DNA of 60,268 nt, filler included, from Sphacelaria rigidula (Eukaryota), in the NCBI GenBank assembly GCA_964200075.2. It is 2 parts of 2 records of this genome, joined end to end, with 100 filler letters (N's around TTAATTAATTAA, not from the genome) between each part and the next. Parts side by side here need not be neighbours in the genome. Positions count along the whole stretch, not along the records: positions 1 to 30,095 come from CAXNAA020000067.1; 1 more part is not named here. One strand, written 5' to 3'. A program made the position numbers and the translations under genes. Every line of letters begins with the position of its first letter. Position 1 is the first letter of the stretch. The notes beneath the pieces are model-generated. The model ran no database searches. It was not told the origin of the DNA and saw nothing but the letters and a program-made list of their open reading frames with translations. Shown here piece by piece: positions 1 through 13,300 of this stretch.

Positions 1-4
1 GCTT

Positions 5-438
5 CACGGGATCTTACAAATTGGGGATGGATCATTTTTTGGGGATGAGAAACCCAGAGAATTAAAATCTTCGTATCCACACGAAATCTTCGAAATATGG
101 TTCCATTTCTTCACCTACTGATAGCTTTTGACAACTGCCACACGCCGTACAAATTTGGTATTCGAAATGTTGGGGTCCTAGGTGAAAAAACAATTTATGG
201 GGAATTGCGGGTGTCCGAACGGACGCCAAAATGGTTCCGAATTTCTTTTTTCACCTGGGACCCCAACATTTTCATGATAGAAATCCAAATATCTATGGCG
301 TGTAGCAGGTGTCAGTAGCCATCAGTAGGTGAAGAAATGGAACCGCATTTCGAAGATTTCGTGTGGATACGAAGATTTTAATCCTCCGGGTTTCTCATCC
401 CCAATAAATGATCCATCCCCAATTTGTAAGATCCCGTG
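5..438. mobile_element. Non-autonomous DNA transposon (MITE) with ~120-bp terminal inverted repeats and CACGGG...CCCGTG ends
   Basis: 5-~125 is the near-perfect reverse complement of ~317-438. TT flanks both ends (possible 2-bp TSD). CAC...GTG termini are typical of the CMC/EnSpm group. Confidence 0.8.
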
Positions 439-2196
439 TTGAACGGCTGTATCTCAATCAGAAGCTACACTCTCCATCTAGCGAATATCTTCTCGGTTCT
501 CACTTGTCGGGATTCGGACCCTCAATCTTCCGCCTCGGCATACTTCGCGATGAATAAATGAGTGACAAAACACGCTGTCAACTAGATGGAAGAGAAGAGA
601 AAGGGAAGACGCAGGTTTTCACTGTGCACGTTTCACCAATTGCGCAGTTTTTGTACGTGAGATTTCGACGACAAACGCATGGCTATACCCGCTGTGCTGT
701 TGGCAGTGTTGTACTGTTGCTGTGCCGAACAATGCGTATGTTGTCTGAAGCTATCAACTATTTGCTGGAGCGGGCTTGGTGCATTTTCGGTGAGCTCCGT
801 TCCGACGATCACCGCCCCCCCCAGATAGTCTATTTTTTTCCCGACGATATAAAGAATGGGCGGAAAAAGCACCCCCCTTTGGAGAAAACTCCCGATCTCG
901 GACAGTGCTTCCGCCGAAAGGAGGAGCCTTAAAGATTGCTTCAGAAAATACTCGTGAAAGACACCCGGAGTTTACACAGACTGGATTCTTTCCGAACACA
1001 TGGGCCTGTTATGACTACATAGATAGCACGACTGACTGGCTAAGATGTATGAACTCGAAGAAATAGCCTTATTTACCAGGTGTACGTTAAAAGGTCGCAC
1101 AAACGAAACTATATCCCTCAATCAACCTCGTAGTGGGTGTGCATGCATCGACACACCCATTCCATCAAAATGAAGCGACCGCTAGAATGATTCCATGTAG
1201 ATAGCCTTGTACCATCACAACAAGAGCACGAGTACCTCAAACATACCGCCTCATACCGCCCTACACAAACCACCAACAGCAAGCCACTACCCAAAGTGGT
1301 CCTTACCGCGATTCTCCGATTCCGTCTCGTACATGAACCCGACTACTACCCCACAGCACAGCACTCACCAGCAGCCACAAAGACCAGCAAGAACCTGCAC
1401 AAGAAAACGACTGGATCATGGTCGACTTCACATAATCCTTGTGCTGTTCTCACCACCATGGGCCTGCTGCCAGTGTGTTCATTGCAAAATAAGTAACCCG
1501 CCCCCAAATGAAGCAAGAGCAGTCGCAATAATCGCCGGACATGGGCAATTCAATACAAGGCGCTTCCTGTTTCTTCGCTTAGCGCCAGTACTCCTTTCAT
1601 GGGGACTGCACAATTGAGCAATGCAGGAGATGGCGCTCCTCACCGCAATAGAACATGATATCCCCCCACCCCTGCCCCCCGGGCACGCACCCTATATATG
1701 TATTTCCAGAGGAAATAGATCCAACATGATCCGAGACTCATCGGATCTCAACCCACCGAACCTTCAAGACCCACGCCCCTCACCCTCCATCCCTCCGCCT
1801 CGCCAAAGTACAGAATCGAAGAAAAATTCATAAAGGAAAACAGTATATAGTACTTCAGGTTAAAAAAAGTTCATCCATCGTCAATGCTTCCTTGCCGGAC
1901 GTATACCACTTTCTCGCACCATCCGCGCAAGCAACGAGTCATCATCCATACGACAGAAAAAAAGCACACGTGTTGATTGTCGAAATAAGATCGATGCAGT
2001 CAACTTTCATTCTTCAAAGGAAAACAAAAACCCTGCCCGCAAATATAGAAAACTACTGCCCAAAAACGTGCAACATTGTCTTGTTCTCCCCTCCCCCCTC
2101 CACACACACAGAGCTACGGCCCAATTAATGAATTGCAGTCGATAACATAAATATAAGCAGCATGTGGGCAAAAAACATATTACATTATACGTCATC

Positions 2197-2232
<36 letters not shown>

Positions 2233-4071
2233 CCGCCGCACCCACCACCGCCACCACCACACACAGCAAAAACCGCNNNNNNNNNNATTGATGCCGATAA
2301 AAAAAAAACAAACACCAGGTGGGCAAAAAACACTTTACATTATACGCGATCCCCCCCCCCCCCCCCCCCCCTCCCGCCCGCGTGGAAAATCAGCGAATCC
2401 CATATCATTACCATCAGGGAAAACCACGTACTCAAACACAAGGAATAAGGCACGGCTGAACGTGATTAGTACATCTCACCGCTCGTAGTTTTTTTGCTAC
2501 TTGAAAAAAAATGATAAAAAAAGACTTGTACGTCTGATGACATTTTGTCAACTTCACAATAATCGCCTCATCCTGTACAACGTTCAGTACAAGGAAAATA
2601 TGACAGGTAGAAAACGAACCAAGGAAAAAAATTAACAGTAAACGATATATATATAGGCAAACCGCCGAGTAGTGAACGAAACGATTTCCTGTCGTGGTAA
2701 CATCACGTCAATCATCGGGGCGAGTCTAACAAAATTCACCGAACGACGCCCGCGTGAAAGACGGAAGCAATGCCAGAGAAAAAAACACACACACATTTTA
2801 CAATACAAACCATCAGTGCGGACGAGCTCAAAACGCTTGAACGTAAGTACCGCACCACGTGGGAGAGCAGCCCCCCTCCCTCCCCCCCAAAGCTCACGCA
2901 CACTACTCTTGAAAGCGCAGCGACGACCCTCTGCCATCATACACCGGGAACACACTGAGTTCAGTGCGATACGGTGACGCATTTTTTCCGTGCTTCCTTG
3001 CAACAGCACCAGTATCATACCACTATCGCGCTGTCACCCACCAATTCCGCCCCTGGGCGGCGAGACAGGCAACTTCTGAGGCTTGGCGGTTGACAACACC
3101 CGCTACATGTGTAAAGAAGCACGGAAACAAAAAGTGCATGGAATGGAAACTTGCGGCCACAGCAGAGAGTACTCGCCAGTATCGTCATCTACGATACACA
3201 TGCACAAAATACGTGCCAGCAGCAACAGCAGCGGGGAGCCAAAAGACGGAACGTGCCAAACTCTTCTGGCTTGCCGAGTGGGCAAGTTGAGAAAAAAAAA
3301 ACGTTTTTCTGCCGCCAGTATTCAACTTGCTACTCACCCCGGAAAGAACCACGACAGTCCAGAGCAAACAGCAGACAGAACTCTCGACCGAAGTCAAAAC
3401 TTGCGCGGGGGGGAAAGGGGGGAGGGGGTGGGCAGCGACAGCGACAGCGACAGCGACATGATAAACAACCTCCCGGGTCATGCAGCACGTACCAGTTATC
3501 CATCTAGTCCTCATGTACTTCAAACGAAAAACACAACAAGAGGTGAAAGAGCGACGAACCCATACCGCGCACCGCTCTAGGAAACGGCGGAACTTACTCA
3601 GACACATGCGGACCTCTGACTTACCCAGAAAAAAATGAGCGACCTTCAGTCCGCCGTGTCCGTTTGCGAGCTCTCGCCATAATTGCGTGTGACAACAAAG
3701 ACAAGAAGCGGCAACGACAGCCCCACGTACCACATTCTCCCTCGCCGCCCCTGTACTCATCCGGCCTCGACCAAGGTATACAAGGTAAAATGAAATATAT
3801 AAATAAACGTAAGACTGGATGGGCAAAAAAGATGACGACATGCGTCCGCCTCCACAGGTAACCGAGCAGCCTTGAAAACATTGAATCCAGCCAAGAGAAC
3901 CAATAAAACCATCAAGATGGAAGCTTCATCAGAACTTCGAGAGCAAACAACAGCACTCAAGAAAAAAAAAAAGCACAACGACGAATGAAAAAGGCATATC
4001 TTCTCCCTGTCCGAGTCAAGATCGTTCCCCACCGTCTACAGAAAAATAATTACAGGTGCTCGTGTTTCCCT

Positions 4072-4305
4072 CTACTCCGTCTCAGCCTCATCCTCAGACG
4101 ATCTCAATCCCAGGCCCACGGCGACCCTCTCAAAGATATTGCGCCCCCTGCCTCCCTTGCCTCCTTCGGTCGATACTTCCTCCGTGGGGGCGTCCTTTAC
4201 CGCGACCCCCACCGCGCCGCCCTCAACATCGCTACTGACTTCTCCAGCGCTAGTCATTCCAGCCGCCGCCTGATTTTTCGCCATCTCCGCTGTGCCGGCG
4301 CTAGT
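4072..4305 (-). CDS. Terminal exon of giant repeat gene (TSAGTAEMAKNQ...RNIFERVAVGLGLRSSEDEAETE*)
   Basis: Acceptor gcagcag (NAGNAG, alternative start 4308), phase 0; TAG stop at 4072-4074. Confidence 0.7.
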   Translation of the reverse strand, partial: TSAGTAEMAKNQAAAGMTSAGEVSSDVEGGAVGVAVKDAPTEEVSTEGGKGGRGRNIFERVAVGLGLRSSEDEAETE

Positions 4306-7300
4306 CTGCTGCGAGCGAGGCGTGGGGATCGTCCCGCGATCGCGGTGGGCGAGTGGACGCGCATGAACTAAACAGGTTTACTGTGTAACGTCGGAACGAA
4401 GCGACCGAACGCGTGCGCGAGATAGAGATAGAGCGAGTACACAAGAGAGCAGGTTACAGGTGCTGCGGTGAAGATAAAGCGGGGGATGGGAGTAGGCATG
4501 CACGGTACATCAGTGTGCAGCCGAACCCGTCGCAGCTCTCGAATAGCACAGCTCAACAACGGTGGAAATTCGCAAACGAACACACAGTCTAGTTTGTAAG
4601 GAACACTGGATTTTTTTAAGCGGTTGCGAAGACAAAAAAAACAAAAAAACAGTGATGACAAGATCCACGCTATCCTCATGCCGGAAAGCAGCATCTATAC
4701 ACAGGCCTGCGTGGGGAAGTCTTTAACCTTACAGCTTGCATACGATTCGAGTTCATCGATCCTGTAAGCATTACCGCACCAAACGAAAAAAAGAGAGTGT
4801 GCTTTTCTTCAAGATGAGTGATGGCGACTGCTGTAAACCTCCCCGCGCAAGATCTGCATCGAGCCCAAAATTTTCGCCTCATGTAACAAAGTCACCTGTT
4901 CACCGGAGCCCGTCAAGTTCGCGTTTACACGCGCGCCCGAAACATTTACGGACCCCTCGGTAGGTGCCGCCGCCGTGTCGACCCCGGAAGCCACATCAGC
5001 GGCACCCGCGGTATCAGCAGCGGTTTCGTCGTCAGAGCCAGTGCCTGTCACATACTCGACTGCGTCCGTCACAGTCTCCGCCACATCTTCCACGGCGTCG
5101 ATAATGCGTTCGAAGAATCCCGGACCACGCTCTGGTGCAGCTTCTTCGGTGGTTACTGCCGCGGCCGGTGCCGGTGCGGCTGTACAAGGATTGAAGGGTG
5201 GGGTCACGGGTTGAGCTTTTGGGGCTTGCATCACATATGTGCGTTGGGGAGGGGGGGTACTCATTTGCTGCTTGCCTTACAGCAGTCGTCTCACAATTAA
5301 CAACGCATCTCTCTCGAGACGGTGCGTTGGGGAAGAGAGGGGGAAGGAGAAGGGATGCTGCCTGGTGAAACCCTGCGGAAAATGCGGTAGAGTGGCGCTG
5401 TAATTGTATGACAGCACACAGAATCAACGAGTCAAAACAAACACGGGTTGTAATATTAGTTTTGCACCAGTTTCTCCGGATGCCAACAGACGAGTTCCTC
5501 GGACCATGACGGCAGTAGTACGACTGGTACTCCCACGAACCCTATATCCTTATTTTCTCCAGGGAACAACAAACTACCTTGTACAGTGACGCAGACCAGT
5601 AACTGCACTCTCATCGAACTTGTCAACACTGACCTTCCTCCTGCTCTTCTTCCTCGTGCTCGTCTTCCTCCCGCTCTTCTAGTGGATCCCTATCCCTGGC
5701 TCCGCCGGCGCCAAACAAGAACTTGAGATTGAACCTCGAGCCACCCGAGGTCCGCCTCCCACCTTCCGGCGACACCGAATCCTCATCGGCGACATCGGCC
5801 TCAGCCTTGGGAATCGCGGCAGGAGACTCAGTCATGTCCACCGTGGGTGTCGTAAAGGGCCCAGCTCCTGCCGTCTGCACGCCGGCAGATTCCAGGGCGG
5901 CTGCTACTTGGCCGGAGAATCCAGCACCATCTTCCTGCCCAGAGGAACCATCCCCGGCGGCCATACCATCAGTGATTGACTCTTCAGAAACATTCACTTC
6001 GGGGCCCTTTACGTCCACCGTCGAGATGTTGAGCGCGTCCCCGCTCGTCGCGCCGTCAGCGCCGCCATCACCATCACCTTCCTGAGAGCCTATTGCAGCG
6101 CCTAGGGCGGCGGAGAGTGAAGACGTCAGATCTTGCGTTCCGTCAGCAGTCCCGCTACCTCCACCTTCACCGGTCTCGGAAGATGCGGCCGCGTCGGTGC
6201 TGAGAGTGGGGGCACCTCCACTCGTATCGGGAACGGCCGCCGAAATTTCAGCGCCGGCGACCGAAGGCGTTGCTGCCACTTCGCCCTCCTCATCCTTCGG
6301 CAGGATGCTGCCGAACGCCGCTCCGAGCGCGGTCGTGAAGTCGCCACCACTGGCCTCGCCTTCCGCCTTGGAAGCACCTGATTTGTTGGGGGAGAGTGGT
6401 GAGTAGGTTAAACTCATGATATTTCCGCAGCGGGGATGTTTATGAACGATATACTTCGACTACAGCGCGGGGGTGTCCACAGGAAACACGTGAGGTGAGC
6501 GGAGAGTGCACCGGTGGAGCATGGCAGCACAGGTGACAGTGTGCACACCATAACAACTGGATCCAGCTACTGTTTTGACGGAACTGAAACGTCAACCCAT
6601 CTTCCCATCACCCACGCAAAACACACAGGCGTCCTCGCCAAGGCCGGAAAGCGTGGGAAGTCACTTTCCTTCATAGAGAGGTATTTGGGGTCATCATCGC
6701 GGGTGTCCCTTCCCTTCAAAGATACTGTACACGACGCAGATCCTACCCTACATGCTGAAACTGCCGCCACTGCTCCGGTATATAGGTCACGGACGTCCAA
6801 TCACGAAAAGAGTACAGTGTACTGTGCCCCTCAGTGTACTCTGTCCCCACTCGCTCGTGCGTGTGATTCCGTCACATTTACCAAACGGTCCCGGGGTGAC
6901 AAACTCACTTCCGGCGCCTTCCTTGCCTGAGTCAGGAGCACCTACACCGGTCGCTTCCGCACCGGATTTCTGGGCATCCTCAGGATCGGAGCTCTGATGT
7001 AGAAAAGGCGGCAGAAGATGACAAGACACGAAAACAATACCAAAAAGAATGAAGACAGGGCGGCCAAGGCTGAAGAGACAGGATGTAAGACTCCACTGTA
7101 TCCTCCTACGAATGTATGCCGCCCCGCGGCGGTAGTCTCACGGTACACCTTACACCATAAGGGCAAAAAAAAAACGGGTTCGATTCCAGCCTGGCTTTTT
7201 CTTCCTCTCCCAAATTTTTTATTTCCATCGTTGAAAACGTGAGTGGTGAGCAGCGAAAAGGGTGTATTTTGCTGTGTGTCAGACGAAAATCATCACATTG

Positions 7301-10300
7301 TGGGAGTGATGATCCAATCCGCGATTCCAAAAGGTGAGGCATGTACCGGGGGAGATACGGGTTAATCCCTCGTTGAGACCACGGGCTCTCCTCCCCCGTA
7401 CGAAGGGAAGGTGTTACAAATGAGACAAGGAAAAGAAAAGGAAGGAAAGAACGAGCAAAGTATATGGAGCGATCATACAAAACACAAAGACGGCCGCACA
7501 ACCAGCCTGTGCAATAAAAATATACTAAATTGTGAAACAACAGCTATTTTTTGCACCACAACTCAAAGCACGATACACGCCGCTCGAACACCGGAAACCC
7601 ACTGAATCCGGTCACACGCGTGCAACTACTCCCTGACGTTTACCTTGCGCTTGGCACCACCACCGGACAGCCTCCCGAAACCAAATCCAATACCGCTACT
7701 GCCGCCGGAGCCACCGTCTCCTGACGAAGAGACGGTCGCGGCAGGTGCTCCCGTGTCACCCGAGAAGCCTTCAGCGTCGGCACTGCCGCCGGTAGGGGCA
7801 GCACCGGGTGAGGTGGACTGTTTGATGGTAGCAAGCGGTGAGAAAAGGAAAGAAGATGGGGGGTCAGCAACAGATGGATCACCTCATACACAGGGTGGCT
7901 AACGGCTGACGTCTTGTTGTCCAGTCACCTAGGGGTCCGAAACTGTTCGACACCTGAGATTACCGGGTTGATGCTTGTAAATGTTCATGTCATGCCCACC
8001 TGCCTGAGGCTACGCCACATACTTTACTAACCAACGTTGAAGGGGGGCAGACAACTCCCGTGCTGAAGGTCCATGATCCCTAGGGTACGCTTTGCCTACT
8101 GAGGGGCAGGGCGACGTCTTGGTTTCTCCACTGCACGTTTCGGGCTCAAGCACCAATCTTGATATGCAAGAGTCGAGAGATAATTGCTCGCCACTGCCTC
8201 ATCACGGAGGACATACAATGGCTGTATGTAGCGCCCCCGTGAGACAACTCTCTGGGACCTGGTTCCTTTTACACCATGCAAGATCTCTTCATCCTATCCC
8301 GTCAAGGTGATGAATGAACGTTGCTTTCCGCAGAGAGTCGTCTAAAAATCATGCTACGACGGGCAAAGGAAAAATGTGCATAAAAGCTACGGACTGACCG
8401 ACCGACTCACGATCAGCCGATTAATCAACCTACCAAGAAGTACTCTCACTTTTTTTTTGCGGCCGATGAGACGTGAGAAGAACCGGCCCGAACTCTTGCG
8501 GCCGACCGAACTGGAGCCGGACCCGGGACTCATCCCATCCTTTCCTGAAGACAACGGGGCGACCACCACGTCATCTTCCGTCGTGGTGCTGAGCTGAAGA
8601 GGCAAGTTCCCTGTAGAAACCGCGACACTGGGTGCTGTCGCGCTCATGTCTGTCACGAAGCGGTGGCCAATGGCGGAGTAGAATGGAAGTTAACGACGAG
8701 AGTTGGGCAAAACTTCCAAACCTTCGAAGGTCGACACACAAGCTAAGGCCCAGTCTATTAGAAAGACGGGGGAAGAGACACAGATTGCATCGTGATGATG
8801 AGAATGTGTAACAGACAACCGGTGACAACCAACCACTTCACGTCCTCTTCTGTTTTGCTTTATTGCCTTCTTGCGAAAATTAGCCCAAGAAGATCCATTC
8901 GAGAGTGAAAATAAGAGTGAAATGGAGATTGAAAATGTCATGAGGAAACACAAAATGGTTGTGCCACACGCGGGCTGCTCGCTACAGTCATCCTCATTTT
9001 CACGATACCATCATCATTTTTTTGTTTTGATCAGAGGGAGCCAAAAAACGTGCGGCGAAGAAACGCAGACTCGGGAGGAATGATGAGGACGTGAGACGCT
9101 CGCGCACAGACGCATCCGCATGCAACAATTCCAACACTTTGTCTTCTCCGATCACACGAGGCCACATAGTTCATGATCATAATGCGATCGTGTTGAAAAC
9201 CGTGAGAAATTTCCCGGGTACTGCAACTTACCACCCTCCACGGTTGGCGCGTCGCCCGTTTCCACCGCGGCGGCGAGAGCACTAGCAGCGCCCTGGCTAT
9301 CAGTGCCTACCGACCCGTACTCCCCGAGACCGGAACTGGGTCTGCTGCCGACATCAAAGGAGCCAGAGACAGCTTTCGCAGACGGCGCCGAACTGTCATC
9401 CGAATGGCCTGATGAAGGGAGGAGTTTGACCAAACATGGTGTTGGGGTTCAACTAGAGGCAACCAGAAAAAAAAAAAAGGTTTCCGCATTGCAAGTGACG
9501 GACAGAGCGTACGATAGATCGCATGATCGTGGTACCGTGCAGTACTCAGCAATTAGCATGCCGCGCGCAAGCCGGGAGATGTTTTCCAAGGGAGGCACGA
9601 AGCGGCCCACTTAAAGCGTCACATAGTATCCACTCCTATAAGTAATGGCACCAGTGTCGAGAGGCAGAAAAACGGGAGGGACAGACTCACCTGCTGTAGA
9701 TACCGCTCCTCCCTCCAGGGACACCCCGAGGCCATCGCCAGCGGACGGCAACGGTCCGGCAATGTCGATACCTTCCACAGTGGTGTTTGCTTGCGGTGCG
9801 GCAGTGCCCGAGACGAACGGTGCGGCGGGAGTCTTGCCTTCCAGCGCGCTGATCCTGGCGGCTACACCTCCGGGCAAGGTCATCACACCCCCACCGCCCA
9901 TCTCCGGCGATTCGGCGTCGGGTTCCTCGGGAGTCTGTGCCTCGATAGCGCCCTGTAGCGCGGCTGCTCAACAAATGTCAACGTATACGATACAAGCTTC
10001 GGTTGGAATGTAGCTTGAAAGCCAAACATCACATTCGTCGAAACTACACCAGTACGCCGGGAGAGAAATGGCTCGATCCCTTGACACGACCGACTCTTCC
10101 CGAGGACAAAGGGCGGACAAGAAGTCAGAGGAGAGGAAGGAATGAACACGGAGTAACACTCTCGAGGACAATGAGGGAAACGACTTCAAAACGCTATGAC
10201 AGAAGAGGGTACAGGCCGGTGCCTGGCATCTTTTCGTCGAACGCGAAAAACATTTTTTTTTTTACGACAAATGAGCAAGAATCGTACCAACGCATAACGA

Positions 10301-13300
10301 CGTTCTGTCGAATCAAGCAGTCAGCACGAGGACCAGGGCCGATGTGACAACATGAATCACGGGTGCTACGACCGGTCGCCCCGGTGGTTCAGCTCGTGAA
10401 CCTCGAAACCTTTTGACGGTTGGGTCGTGGGTTCGAATCTCGGTGCAGTAACACGATTTGAGATTTTTTCCACACACGAAGCCCAACAGTGGACAGCGAC
10501 CACGTCGTGGGCACACAAAGTTCGAATCCACGGTCGACGAGGGAAAGGAATTGCCGAACCCCTTTCGCGATGAAAAACAACGCAAGCACCGCAGAAGGTG
10601 GAGTACTGAAACAAAATGAACAACGCGAAAAAAACTCCTGAGTTGGCCTTCCCCCTGTGTGACCCACCCCGACTGATACATGCTGCGCCCACGTATACCG
10701 AAACTGCGCCCACATATACCGAAAGGTGTAGACCGGCGTCCGTAGTAAATGGGATAATAACTGAACGACAACCCGTGACTGCTTCGTGAGGAGCGCGAAC
10801 ATGTGCCGACCCATCATCGTGGAAACTTACCTCCGAGATCCACCACGCCGGGTAGGGTCGCATCTCCCGAAGCTTCCGGTACAGCTACGGTGGCGCTGAC
10901 GCCCGGCATAGACGCTTCTCCAGATACTTCCGGCACAGTCACATCAGCGCTCACGCCTGGAACAGACGCATCTCCGGAAACTTTCGGTACGGCGACATCA
11001 GCGCTCACGTCTTGCACTGGATTGTCAACGGAAACTCCCGGTAGAGGCACATCGCCGCTCACATCGGAACCCGTCACGTCAGCGTCCGGCATCTGCATCG
11101 TGTCGAGTCACAGGGGTCAGGAGAGGACGGAAAAGGTTACAAAAAAAAACACGACGCCCATCCGCGCCATGCGCAACGTTGACTTTGTTGTACGGAATTG
11201 AATATCATCTGTAAGCCGCAACCTGTTCCGGTCGTGTACCCCCGAAACGCACATGACACCATCGACTCAGCATAGAGAGCGGCTGCCGGGACACAAAACT
11301 GCACACTTACCTTCAACCCAGCCTTGACGGAGGGCTTCTTGAAGATTCCGCCGAACCCGAAGCCCTTCTTCCGCTTCTTCTCATCTACCGATGGGGCCTC
11401 GACGGAAATACTGGTGCCGGGCACCTGCTTCGGCACGCAACACACACAAAAGTACTCAAACTCGATGTCGGTACGTCGGACGGGTCTCACCGTCACTCAA
11501 TGCCGAACAATGTTCGCAATACGGCCTGACCGCGTCTGGTATTGGGGTCCGTCACCAATCACGTGCAAGGACGGAACCACGCAAGTTCCCACCTCGGGTT
11601 TGTCGCCCTTGCCCGCCAGGCTGCCCAGCCCAGCACCGACTGCGCCGACAGTCGCCGCACCCGCTGCCGCCAGACCCGCGGTCAAAGAGCTGTCTCCGGT
11701 CTTGATATCCACATCCGGTGCCTTCACATCTACATCACCCGATGGCAACGACACATCCGCATCTGCGGATACTCCCGTCGTGGGCACTTCTCCAGAGGGT
11801 AGGGAAACGTCACCCGATACTCCCGGAAGGGACACGCCGCCAGACGGCAGATCCACCTTGCCTGTGACTGACGGGACGTCGGCATCCACACCGCCCGAAG
11901 GCAGCGTGACATCAGCGCCAACACCCGGTACAGACGCATCTCCCGAAACATCTGGCAACGACACATCGCCGCTCACGCTCGGCACGGACACATCTGCCGA
12001 GACTTCCGGTAAAGCCACATTGGCGCCCACATCGGGAACCGCTACATCAGCGTCCGGCATCTGTATAGCAACGTCATGGGGACCAAGGGGAAAAGAAGAC
12101 ATCACCTCCTGACATGTCGCATCTCACGAACGCACGCCATGCACATCGCTGACACTTTTTCTCAAGCCATGAACCTCCTTCGGTGGTGTACGTCATTGCA
12201 CAACGGCGGAATACCATTGCATCACGTGAGTGAGGTACAGTAGTAGCAAAAAAAGACCCCTCATGATTGACCTCACTTCTTGTGTTTTTTCAAGACTTTC
12301 AGGGTTTCACGGGACCGGTAGACGAACAGCAGAAACGTTGTTTTTGACTGCAAGTGATCAGAGTATTTTTTTCAGGCGATAATCCCACGACGACAATTGT
12401 GCAGCGTTAATTACCTGAGCATCAAGCTTCCATCAAAAATATTTTTTCGGGCTGACAATCTCGCCGAACGAAATCGGGTACTGTTACGGGGGGTACTTGA
12501 ATGATGCCGACAGTATACACTGAAGGGAAGATTATCACAGATGAAATACCCGCCTTCCATCAAGGTAGACCCGGTAAGTTTTTGGCGCCGAAGCCGAAAT
12601 TGATGGAACATCAATGCGTGCGTTCAGCATCATTTCCAAGTAGCCTCCGCTACCTAGTGCGGTGCAGCCGCGGGCTTGTGTGCGAATGCATGAACTCCGT
12701 CTACACGACACACACAGTACTTGAGTTCAAAGCATGGTATGTTGACTTATGGGCCAATTGAGGGTGCGATGCAGTTAATGAAAAGCACTTGCCGCAGCAG
12801 TAGCTGCTTGCGGCCAACTACGTGACAGCTTGTACCTGCCCGTCTCGGCTCACCGAGCGAAGAATTGTGTTCAATTGTTCAGTTGTTCAAGCACAGAGGT
12901 TATCTGAATTGGAAACAACATGGCAGCGCCATCACCTCGAGAGAGCAACCACCAATGCCTGCACATGCATGTGGCAACATTGAAATGCAATGTCGTGCGC
13001 CGTTTTTCTGCCAAACCCATCCTGACAGCACGCCCACAATGATGAACCAGCTGCAGCTGAAGTAACACGCGAATCTCCAAAATCCCTACGCTTCCCAACA
13101 TTCGAGTTTCCCGGATGACTCGAGGCAGGCGTTAATACAAGAAAAAAAAACATACATTCGGCCTCGAGGCCAACATTTCTCCCATTACAACCCGGTGCAC
13201 GACGGCCGTGGCGACACGACCCAAACACTGACCTTCAACCCAGCCTTGACGGAGGGCTTCTTGAATATCCCGCCAAATCCGAAGCCCTTCTTCGGCTTTC

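Noticed and set aside
600-1660. Possible copia/gag remnant (FYCGEERHLLHC zinc-knuckle-like on the minus strand near 1620-1655)
   Set aside because: The motif is incomplete, the frames are full of stops, and no protease, integrase or RT motifs were recognisable.
2160-2390. Duplicated GTGGGCAAAAAAC...poly-C blocks and poly-Pro/poly-Gly ORFs
   Set aside because: They flank an N gap and long homopolymers, so they are most likely low-quality contig ends.
10378-10450. Functional tRNA gene
   Set aside because: The acceptor stem does not close, and the sequence continues into a dispersed repeat body. The same applies to 37925-37997 and 38985-39058.
10357-10778. 8-bp inverted repeat TCACGGGT/ACCCGTGA around the SINE, suggesting a DNA transposon
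   Set aside because: Too short, and absent from the other copies; the tRNA head and 5' truncations favour a SINE.
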